DNA of 15,297 nucleotides from Candidatus Heimdallarchaeota archaeon (GCA_019058275.1 JAHLVW010000084.1:1-15297), one strand, 5' to 3'. Numbered from the stretch's first letter, positions 1 to 7,710 are shown. The notes: generated by a model not told the origin, from the sequence alone. Numbers and translations are program-made.

Positions 1-125
1 TTCTCTTATTTTTTCAATCAATTATTTCCTCCATCCCAAACATTTCTTTAGCTGTATTGGTTCGCTTCTTTAGTAGTTTAAATACTTTACACCTCAAGTA
101 TTGTTTGATAAATTAGCTGTATTGT

Positions 126-602
126 GTGAACTATATGAAAGAAGTTTTACAAGAACATCTCTATTGGCTTAACTTCATAGAATTAATAAGAGAACGATTT
201 GGTGATGATAAATTATTCTTTACATTTGTTCCATTCAAGGATGAAAAAGTATGTGCTGAATACTATTCAACATTTGCGGATGATAATTTAGAGGAGTTTA
301 TGTATTGGGGAACATTGATGCATGCAAAACTGCTATCTGGAACAATAGATGCTATCTCTATAATTATTAGAGTCTTCTTATCAGAAAAGGTCATCATTTA
401 CGAAAAAAGACAAAAACTCATCTTACCAAAAAAAGAGCTCTATCATGTTCTCATAACTCCAGAAAAATTAATTCTATTCGCTAAAGAAGAAACTGAAAAG
501 AATCAAAATACCGATGTGATTACAGGAAAGCCCTTGAATCATCAAAAAGACCTTGTTTACAAATCATCTATTGATCTTTGTCAGCAGTTGATCAAAGAAT
601 AG
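126..602 (+). CDS. Hypothetical protein (158 aa)
   Basis: Long open frame in AT-rich DNA with a normal globular composition. The start is GTG 126 or ATG 135. No recognisable motif. Confidence 0.7.
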   Translation: MNYMKEVLQEHLYWLNFIELIRERFGDDKLFFTFVPFKDEKVCAEYYSTFADDNLEEFMYWGTLMHAKLLSGTIDAISIIIRVFLSEKVIIYEKRQKLILPKKELYHVLITPEKLILFAKEETEKNQNTDVITGKPLNHQKDLVYKSSIDLCQQLIKE

Positions 603-648
603 TATATGCTATGCTCTTTAATTGATTAATATAAACAAAAGCACATAA

Positions 649-671
649 TTCAAATTCGGCTCGATCCACCA
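649..671 (+). repeat. Degenerate tRNA 3'-end copy 1 (att-like scar)
   Basis: TTCAAAT-TCGGC-TCGATCC-A-CCA matches the spacing T-loop(7) + T-stem 3' strand(5) + acceptor 3' strand(7) + discriminator + CCA. A T-tract follows. Bases 649-673 are 19/25 identical to 1419-1443. Confidence 0.55.
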
Positions 672-714
672 ATTATTTTTTTTCTTTTGCTTGTATGTTT
701 ACCAGTAGTTTTTT

Positions 715-739
715 ATCTATGTATTACTAATATATAGAT
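715..739. promoter_or_regulatory. Palindromic operator upstream of vapB, likely the VapBC autorepression site
   Basis: ATCTATGTATTA-C-TAATATATAGAT has 11 of 12 arm positions complementary. It ends 8 nt before the vapB ATG and overlaps a TTTTTTAT TATA-like element. Confidence 0.65.
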
Positions 740-747
740 GATGCTTT

Positions 748-966
748 ATGGGTTATAAAACTCTTAGTGTTAGTGATGAAATCTATGATCTTCTTTGTGC
801 TATGAAAGAAGATAATGAATCTTTCAACGATCTCTTTGCTAAGCTCATTCGTGGAAATGGCAAATATGTACTGAAATTCTATGGTCAACTTTCTGACTCT
901 TCTGATTTTGATAGTATCATGACTCAGATTTATAATGATAGAAAGAAAGAGATGGAACGTCTTTAA
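748..966 (+). CDS. vapB: VapB-type antitoxin (archaeal DUF217-like)
   Basis: N-terminal KTLSVSDEIYDLLCAMKEDNESFNDL matches the archaeal antitoxin pattern KTIxVSDExYxxLxxxKxxxESFS/N. It lies 2 nt upstream of a PIN gene. Confidence 0.85.
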   Translation: MGYKTLSVSDEIYDLLCAMKEDNESFNDLFAKLIRGNGKYVLKFYGQLSDSSDFDSIMTQIYNDRKKEMERL

Positions 967-968
967 CC

Positions 969-1367
969 ATGTCTTCTACCATCCATTTTGATACTAATCT
1001 CATTATTGACTTTCTTAAAGGAACACTTTCTCGTGCGGATATTGAACCTTTACTCAATCAAAACATTATCATGATTAGTGTTCTTGTTGAATATGAATTA
1101 AGACTTGGTCAAAGATTATCTAAAAGTCAGACGATTAAACAATTAGTTGAAGATTTCCTTAGATCTGTTATCATAGTTCCTCTTTCATCTGAAATTGTTG
1201 GAAAAGCAAGTGAAATACAGTCTAAGCAAATTTCCTTAGGTAAGCGATTGCCATTAATAGACCTGTTAATAGGAACAACTTCATTAATTCATAATGCGAA
1301 ATTACTGTCAAACGATAAAGATATGCAGAAACTAGCAGAATATGGTCTTGAAGTTATCACCTTTTAA
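969..1367 (+). CDS. vapC: VapC PIN-domain ribonuclease toxin
   Basis: The PIN acidic residues are present: FDTN, VEYEL, LIDLLIGTT, SNDKD. The 132-aa gene is tightly coupled to the antitoxin. Confidence 0.92.
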   Translation: MSSTIHFDTNLIIDFLKGTLSRADIEPLLNQNIIMISVLVEYELRLGQRLSKSQTIKQLVEDFLRSVIIVPLSSEIVGKASEIQSKQISLGKRLPLIDLLIGTTSLIHNAKLLSNDKDMQKLAEYGLEVITF

Positions 1368-1413
1368 TTCCTTTATTAATCCATGGAAAAATTTACGCCT
1401 TTCTTTTCTTTCC

Positions 1414-1441
1414 GCTAGTTCCAATCTCGCTCGGTCTACCA
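1414..1441 (+). repeat. Degenerate tRNA 3'-end copy 2 (att-like scar)
   Basis: GCTAG-TTCCAAT-CTCGC-TCGGTCT-A-CCA forms a T-arm with 4/5 stem pairs around a TTC.AAT loop, followed by 7 nt, a discriminator and CCA. No 5' half of a tRNA is visible upstream. Confidence 0.6.
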
Positions 1442-1597
1442 ATACTTCTTCATCTCAATTTATTTATTTAATCTAAATAGTAATAACTGAATTTTTATTC
1501 GGAAATCCTTTTTAGCAATACTAATTTCTATGTTATTTGTTTATATTGATTTTAATGCACAAATAATTACATCTCTAAACAAGCAAATGGGATTAGA

Positions 1598-2997
1598 ATG
1601 ATCAACGAGCAAACTTTGGATATAATAATAGCTGTTTATCAAACAATTGTAGCTGTTTTTTTTGGGGTTGCTTGGAGAAAAAGAAAAGATTTAATTTATT
1701 GGTTTATAGGACTCGTTGTTTTTTCTATAGGCTCTATTTGACTAGTGTTTCAATATAAACATTTTATTATTGGTTATTTGTCGATTTCGTTCAATTTGCT
1801 CGGTACATTAATAATTATTATCTCTTCAGTTTTTGAATATTATAGGATTTTTCTGAAGGTTCAGGATGACAAAACGAAATTTAAGAGGGAAAAGGAATTT
1901 ATTATCATTTCAATTTGCTTAACTCTTTGTTTATGTATTATAACAATTGTTTTGATAGCTGTCTTTTCAAAAATAAATATCGTGTTAGTATTTCAAATTA
2001 TTATGACATCTATAATTATTCTTGTAACAGTGTTGGTTTTGAGAGTTTATCTAAAGCAAAAAACAATAACTCGTTTGTTTTTATTTTTCGTTTTCTTATC
2101 TAGTGTTTTTATGGGAACTACTGCGATAATCGGTTACCTCGATGTTGATTGGGCTTTAAGCTATGTGTTCAACTTTGTATTTATTACTCTTATAATGACT
2201 ACTGGTTTAGCTGCTCCTATAGAAAAAAGAATAACTGATAGTGAAGAACATCTCCGTCAGCTTAGCGAAGACCTCGAGCAAAAGGTTGTAGACCGAACGC
2301 AACAATTGAGAATAATGAATGAAGAGCTTGAAGCATTTTCTTATTCTGTTAGTCATGATCTTCGTGCACCATTACGCTCTATTACTGGATTTAGTAATGC
2401 TATTCTAGAGGATTTTTCCGATCAGCTTGGTGATACTGGTAAAGATTATCTTTTACGAATTAACGATAGTAGCAAACGGATGAATCAATTAATTGATGAT
2501 TTGCTTGAGTTCTCAAAATTATCTCGAACAGAGTTGAAGAAAGAAGTTGTGGATTTAAGCAGTTTAGTGAGTATGATTATCGAAGAGCTACAACGTGTAA
2601 ATCCAAATCCTCAAGTAGAGTTCATTATTGAAGATGGTTTATTTGCATTAAGTGATCCAATTCTTCTACGTTTAGTTCTTGAAAATCTCATTACTAATGC
2701 ATTGAAATACTCTTGTAACAAGCCAACTCCCAAAATTGAATTTGGTTCTCAGAAAAAGGACGATAAAACGATCTTCTTTGTCAAAGATAATGGTGTGGGA
2801 TTTGATATTAATTATAAAGATAAATTGTTTGAAGTCTTTCAGCGATTACATAGTCCTACTAAGTTTAGTGTTCTGGCATTGGTTTAGCTACTGTTAAACA
2901 TTTTATTCAAAGGCATGGTAGGGAGGTTTGGGCAGAAGGGGAGGTGGATAAAGGAGCAACGTTTTATTTTACATTAGCTAAAAATACAGTACTATGA
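1598..2997 (+). pseudogene. Disrupted multi-TM sensor histidine kinase (HisKA + HATPase_c, bacteriophytochrome-type transmitter)
   Basis: H-box FSYSVSHDLRAPL, N-box NLITNALKY, G1 DNGVGF and F-box LFEVFQRLH lie in ORF 1745-2887. An in-frame ATG at 1598 adds two TM segments but is cut by TGA at 1739-1741. The G2 box and C-terminus ([35 protein letters not shown]) continue in a shifted frame from 2872 to TGA 2995-2997. Confidence 0.85.
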
Positions 2998-3037
2998 TAA
3001 AAAAAGATTAATTGCTCAGCCCATAAATTTCATACTC

Positions 3038-4351
3038 TTAGAGCAGTTCATCTACACTTCTTCCTCTATTGTGTAAGCGCATTTTTAGTTCTGCCATAAG
3101 GTCTGCTCTTTTGAATGTATCTTCATCAACACCATCAGATGTGATACTTAATGCTTGATTTAGATAACGATTAAGTTGCAGGATATTACTGATAGTATCA
3201 TCTTCTATTTTTGAGCAGATAACTGTACTCATGTGCTCTGGCGATACTTTTTCAAAGAAGATATCAAATGCATCTATCTTAATGTGGCCTTCTCCTCCAA
3301 TTCTTACTTTTCCTAATTTGTTCATATATTCTTCTAAATTGATTTTTCTCAATGTTGCTTCAATTGATTGTAGAATATCTGGATTTCCTCCTTGTTGAAC
3401 AGCACCTACTACTAATTCTACATTTTCTGAATATACTGCTATTGCTACAAAACCAGCATTATTATCTAAAGTGGCTTCGATTATATCAGTTAATCTTACT
3501 GCTGTCTTTTCTCTAATTTTATCAGCATCAGTCTTTTTCATAGGTTTACTTATTGATGGTGGTGATACCATTGATTCACTTGCTTCAGTAGGCGGTGAGC
3601 TTATCGTAGGTGGCATAACTGCTGGAGGTTTCTGTGGTGGTACTGAAGGTTTACTTACAACAGGTGGTGTTACAGCTTTCTTTGGTGGTGTTTTTAGTTT
3701 AGATGTATCTACTTTCACAGGTTTCGTTAAGAATGACTCTTCTACTACTGGAGGTGCAACCTTAGTTACAGTAACTGGTGCTGTTACTGGTTTTCTTTCT
3801 ACAGTTAGTTTTGACATCTTATGTGGTAAATTGTCTAATAAAATTCTCTGGAAAATTTGGTTTGGGCTATCAGTATAGATACTCGTTATAGTTTTAACGA
3901 TTTCACCTGGAAAAATGTTATCTAGTGGTGCTAATAATTGTGCAACATGCTCTAATCCGTTTTTCAGTTGAGCTTCCATACCGGGATCGATTTTATTGAA
4001 TAGGAGATATGCTTTTACACCTTTTAAATGATTTACTACACTTTTAGTCCAAACTGAAAAGTAATTGGCAGTTTCTTGATATTTCAAAGAATTCTGAACA
4101 TCAACAACATAAACTATAGCGCATGCATCTTTTACAAGCTCAATATTGCCAATATATCCTTGCCTGAATTTTTTACCGCCTCCTGTATCAATGATTAAGA
4201 AATCAGATCTTAAGAAATCGTGATCATATTTAGCTATACCTCTTGTAGGAGGAATTTTCTGTAGTTGGGGTGGATTTTTCTTTTGGAAAAACCTTTGATA
4301 AAGTGCTGTTTTTCCTGCTCCGTCCAATCCTATTAGTAATATTTTCTGCAT
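3038..4351 (-). CDS. Rag/Arf-like small GTPase with Pro-rich linker and C-terminal roadblock-like domain
   Basis: G1 GLDGAGKT, G2 PTRG, G3 DTGGG, G4 NKID and a Rag-like G5 TSIY. Residues ~177-275 are Pro/Thr/Ser/Lys-rich. Residues ~280-405 show an alpha-beta-beta-alpha-beta-beta-beta-alpha pattern like a roadblock domain. Confidence 0.9.
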   Translation of the reverse strand: MQKILLIGLDGAGKTALYQRFFQKKNPPQLQKIPPTRGIAKYDHDFLRSDFLIIDTGGGKKFRQGYIGNIELVKDACAIVYVVDVQNSLKYQETANYFSVWTKSVVNHLKGVKAYLLFNKIDPGMEAQLKNGLEHVAQLLAPLDNIFPGEIVKTITSIYTDSPNQIFQRILLDNLPHKMSKLTVERKPVTAPVTVTKVAPPVVEESFLTKPVKVDTSKLKTPPKKAVTPPVVSKPSVPPQKPPAVMPPTISSPPTEASESMVSPPSISKPMKKTDADKIREKTAVRLTDIIEATLDNNAGFVAIAVYSENVELVVGAVQQGGNPDILQSIEATLRKINLEEYMNKLGKVRIGGEGHIKIDAFDIFFEKVSPEHMSTVICSKIEDDTISNILQLNRYLNQALSITSDGVDEDTFKRADLMAELKMRLHNRGRSVDELL

Positions 4352-4720
4352 TATTGATCACAATGGGAGGAGAGTTTTCTCACATAAGATATTCTTTTTA
4401 GAATTTTATTCTGTGTTGTGCTAAAACACTTCAAGTATTTCTTTTTATGGTCAGCTTTATTATTTTTTCCCAACTAAAAACACTTATTGTCTAGGTATAA
4501 TTAATCTTTAAATTAATATTACTTATACTCAAATTGAGCTGCTTTTCATTTATTTTAGTTACCATTCAACAAATGGTTTCAATATTTCTGCATAAAAACC
4601 AAAACTTCAGCTATGAATTTCCTATAAGGAACTATTTTTATTGCTGTTTGTCCGATTTTTATTATATCGAGAACCTATCACATTTGAAATTGAAGGATAT
4701 TCTATTCTGGAGGAAAAAAA

Positions 4721-5686
4721 GTGATCCAAGCTATATGGATTATCACTGAAACTGGACAATGTATTTTCAGTCACAAGTATGTTACACTAGATATTGACGA
4801 TCAATTGATTGCTGGTTTACTTACTGCTTTTGATGCTTTTTCAACTGAAAGTGGTATTGGTGGTGTACAACAAATCGCAGGTGAAGATAATCAATTTAAC
4901 TATGGGGCATCAGGCAAATTACTTGTTGCAGCTTTAGCAGATAAAAGTGATAATAGTAAATTAGTTGAAAACCTCATGACTAAAATTGCTGATTTATTCC
5001 AAGAAAAATATGCTGTTTATCTTCAAGATGTAGGTTTTGTTGATCTCAATGTATTTAATGGTTTTGAAGAAGAAATTGATCAGATTCTGAAACCAAAAGT
5101 TTACAGAAGAGGTGTTTTTTCAACGCTTTTTGCTACCTTTGTTACGATTGCATTAACTGCTGGTGTCTTATTTTCACTACTTAATTTCATTCAAGCACAA
5201 GAAGCAATTTTCATCTTATTCCTTGCATTCATTCCTGGGCTTTTCATTGGTGCAATAATTGCTGGTAAGAGCTCTTATGGTTTGATTTCCTCTACAATTG
5301 GAGTCATCCCCATTATATCACTAACTGCATATTATATCGTTATTAATACTATTCAAATTGCTCAAGATACTGGTGCAGATATCCCTTATGATACTATGAT
5401 CTTTACCATTGTATTAATGGCAGAGCAATTCATCACAATAGCAATATTGAGCGGTATTTTAGGTGGCGGATTTATAGATAGACGAAGATTATCGCCACTT
5501 TCTAAAAGTAGTAAACCTCTCGAAGTGTTTGCAGCAGGTGTTCCTATAACTACCCTTGATCTTGGAACCCAATTGCAACAACAACAATATCAGCAAGAGG
5601 TTGATACCCAACAGAATTATCAAACTGAATATAATGCTGAAAGTTCTTCACTTGTGGATGAACAAAAAACTGAATGGGATAGTTAA
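4721..5686 (+). CDS. Longin-domain membrane protein (longin + 4 TM + Gln/acidic tail)
   Basis: MIQAIWIITETGQCIFSHKY...DDQLIAGLLTAFDAF...IADLFQEKY...FNGFEEEIDQIL is the longin (sedlin/sigma-adaptin-like) pattern seen in Asgard proteins. Four hydrophobic segments lie at aa ~132-252. GTG start. Confidence 0.82.
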   Translation: MIQAIWIITETGQCIFSHKYVTLDIDDQLIAGLLTAFDAFSTESGIGGVQQIAGEDNQFNYGASGKLLVAALADKSDNSKLVENLMTKIADLFQEKYAVYLQDVGFVDLNVFNGFEEEIDQILKPKVYRRGVFSTLFATFVTIALTAGVLFSLLNFIQAQEAIFILFLAFIPGLFIGAIIAGKSSYGLISSTIGVIPIISLTAYYIVINTIQIAQDTGADIPYDTMIFTIVLMAEQFITIAILSGILGGGFIDRRRLSPLSKSSKPLEVFAAGVPITTLDLGTQLQQQQYQQEVDTQQNYQTEYNAESSSLVDEQKTEWDS

Positions 5687-5718
5687 ATCCCATTTGCTTC
5701 TCATTTTAGGGATGACCA

Positions 5719-6636
5719 ATGACGAATGACAAAATAACTGCTGATTCCCAATCAAAGGAATTGTTCAATGAGAATTCACAATTAGAAGAAGAGGAAATAA
5801 TCTATTCCGCTCTTGGTAGTCAAGTTAGAAGAGAAATCATTTCATTTATTCAAGGAAATGAAAAGGTAGGTTTTTTGGAGTTAAGAAAGAAGTTTGATTT
5901 GAAAGTTGGATCCTTATATCATCAATTGAATTCTATGAAGGATTTATGGCATCAAGATGAAAATAAAAAGTATTTTTTAACTGATTTGGGGAAAGTAGCA
6001 TATAATTTAATGATTAGAAATAGGGATTATATTGTAGTTTCTAATGTAAAAGCGTCAAGATCAGTTGAAGCGAGAAAGAGTCAAACCTTCTTTGGTAAAA
6101 TCTACCAAGGTCTAATTTTCTTTTTCCTTCCCCGAAAAATTATCCAATATTTGGTTTCTGAACCTTTAAGAACCTTATTTGAAGGATTAATTATTATTGG
6201 AGCGATGCTCTTTTTCTCAATTGACAGTAGTTATGTCTTAGTTGGTTTTTATCCTTTGCAAGTAGATGATTGGTATTATTGTCTTATTGGTGTTTTCAGT
6301 CTTTGGTTATTTTTAGGATTAGTAAGTGAAACCTTCAAAACCATTCTTTATAAGAGAGAATTTAATCCTACTAAATTGCTAGCAGTAACACCTTTTACTT
6401 TGATTCCAAGCCTACTGGTTTTATTCCTTCTATGGCTTCAAACAAAAGTTGTTGCGACATTCATGTTTCTTGATGGTCAAATACTTGCATTAGTTACACA
6501 AATCTGGTCATTATCTCTTATGACAACAGCAGTTAGTCAAACAGAAGAATTAACAATGAATAAATCAAGTCTAATCGTATTATTTACTTTTTATTTGACA
6601 TATGTGATATCCTTTGTTTTATATGGGATTAGTTAA
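5719..6636 (+). CDS. Winged-HTH (ArsR-like) fused to a Yip1-like 5-TM domain
   Basis: IYSALGSQVRREII...FLELRKKFDLKVGSLYHQL...YFLTDLGK is a wHTH. The C-terminal part has FLPRKII, ~5 TM helices and IWSLSLMTTAVSQTEELTMNKS, typical of the Yip1 domain. It starts 32 nt after the longin gene, so the two are likely co-transcribed. Confidence 0.8.
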   Translation: MTNDKITADSQSKELFNENSQLEEEEIIYSALGSQVRREIISFIQGNEKVGFLELRKKFDLKVGSLYHQLNSMKDLWHQDENKKYFLTDLGKVAYNLMIRNRDYIVVSNVKASRSVEARKSQTFFGKIYQGLIFFFLPRKIIQYLVSEPLRTLFEGLIIIGAMLFFSIDSSYVLVGFYPLQVDDWYYCLIGVFSLWLFLGLVSETFKTILYKREFNPTKLLAVTPFTLIPSLLVLFLLWLQTKVVATFMFLDGQILALVTQIWSLSLMTTAVSQTEELTMNKSSLIVLFTFYLTYVISFVLYGIS

Positions 6637-6650
6637 GCTTTCAGTCAAGA

Positions 6651-7352
6651 TTACTTTTTCTTGCTGGTGCTTTTTGTTGTTTTCGTTTTACTAGTTGTTT
6701 TCTTTGTGCTCTTTGATGTAGTTGTCTTTTTAGGGCTTGCTGGTTTTTTGGTTTTCTTTTTGCTTAATGGTTGCTCTGATAAAATCTGATAGACCCATTG
6801 ACCATCAGAATAGCCTATCCATCTCCCAGGGAGGATTCCAACATAAATTAAATCCTGAGTTACCCAATAGGCTTCTCCTTCAGTTACACCTATTGCTTTC
6901 TGAATATCTGGAAGATAAGCATGTGGTTTACCATCTAAAAAGTTAACAACTTTCTTAACAATTTCTGGATTCCAGCGGTCTAAAATTGCTGTTTCGGTTT
7001 CCTCGACTTCTTCAGCTCCTTTCTTTTTCTTCTTCTTTTTCTTTAGTTTTTTCTTTGGTTCAAGTTTTTCCTTAGCATCAGATTCTTTTGCATCTTTCAT
7101 TTCTGTCAAAAATAAATTTATGATACTAGGATTTTCCAAATGAGAAACAAGATACGTCCCCGCATATTCCTTTTTATTAAAATCAGCTGATTGTTGCATT
7201 AGCGTTTCCCGCTGCTTCTTTCTAGCATCCGGAGTAACTATTAAGCGGATCATCTCTTCTTTTTCATCAACAATCATTCCTACAGGTGAATCTATAAGTT
7301 CATCTGGTGTGCATTCGACTAATTTCTTACCAACTAAGGAATATACTATCAA
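6651..7352 (-). CDS. Multidomain basic protein: gelsolin-like N-domain, poly-Lys linker, wHTH, Lys/Thr/Ser-rich tail
   Basis: Residues 1-85 loosely fit one gelsolin repeat. Residues 100-111 are KKKLKKKKKKKK, ~127-192 are wHTH-like (LPDIQKAIGVTEGEAYWVTQDLIYVGILPG), and 197-233 form a K/T/S tail containing SPKK. TTG start. The ORF is secure but the domain calls are tentative. Confidence 0.7.
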   Translation of the reverse strand: MIVYSLVGKKLVECTPDELIDSPVGMIVDEKEEMIRLIVTPDARKKQRETLMQQSADFNKKEYAGTYLVSHLENPSIINLFLTEMKDAKESDAKEKLEPKKKLKKKKKKKKGAEEVEETETAILDRWNPEIVKKVVNFLDGKPHAYLPDIQKAIGVTEGEAYWVTQDLIYVGILPGRWIGYSDGQWVYQILSEQPLSKKKTKKPASPKKTTTSKSTKKTTSKTKTTKSTSKKK

Positions 7353-7500
7353 TCTTTTTCCATCCAGTATTTATTATAAAATAAATCAACAAGATGAAAT
7401 AATAGTTTTTTTATTAGGTACTTATTAAACATATTTAGGAGTTTTTATATACTCCAGAGTATATTTCCATGAAGAAGCTATGTAAAAAGTGATTGTAGAT

Positions 7501-7710
7501 ATGAGTTCAAGTAAAAAAACACCTACCAAAAAAACATCCCTACTTGATGATGAAATTGAAGCTAGCTGTCCACATTGTGGTAGTGAGCATGTTTATGGTA
7601 TTAGTAGAGTTGTAGGTTATTTCTCGAAAATTGACTCATGGAATAACTCAAAATTTGCTGAGTTAAAGCAAAGACAAAAAGGTAATTATTGGACCAAAGA
7701 TGAGATTTGA
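7501..7710 (+). CDS. Stand-alone NrdD (class III ribonucleotide reductase) C-terminal Zn/glycyl-radical domain protein
   Basis: CPHCGSEHVYGISRVVGYFSKIDSWNNSKFAELKQR matches the NrdD C-terminus CPxCG...SRxxGY...WNxxKxxExxxR. ATG 7501 is preferred over GTG 7489. Confidence 0.85.
   Translation: MSSSKKTPTKKTSLLDDEIEASCPHCGSEHVYGISRVVGYFSKIDSWNNSKFAELKQRQKGNYWTKDEI

Noticed and set aside
649-1441. Repeats as a CRISPR array or intact tRNA genes
   Set aside because: There are only two degenerate copies 770 bp apart, with no D-arm, anticodon arm or 5' acceptor strand.
1739-1741. In-frame TGA as selenocysteine or programmed readthrough
   Set aside because: It lies in a TM helix with no redox-Cys context, the gene also has a frameshift, and TGA is used as a normal stop elsewhere in the window.
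1915-2103. 62-aa alternative-frame ORF
   Set aside because: Nested within the kinase TM region in another frame, with no independent support.
3004-3030. Possible third tRNA-end remnant (GCTCAGCCCATAAAT) after the kinase
   Set aside because: Only 11/15 similar to the repeat consensus, with no T-loop or CCA, so it cannot be told from chance.
3471-3878. 135-aa Gly-rich ORF on the + strand
   Set aside because: It is the antisense shadow of the Pro-rich GTPase linker (CCN codons read as Gly on the other strand).
4534-4749. 71-aa ORF in the divergent intergenic region
   Set aside because: TTG start, no motif, overlaps the longin gene start and occupies the probable promoter region.
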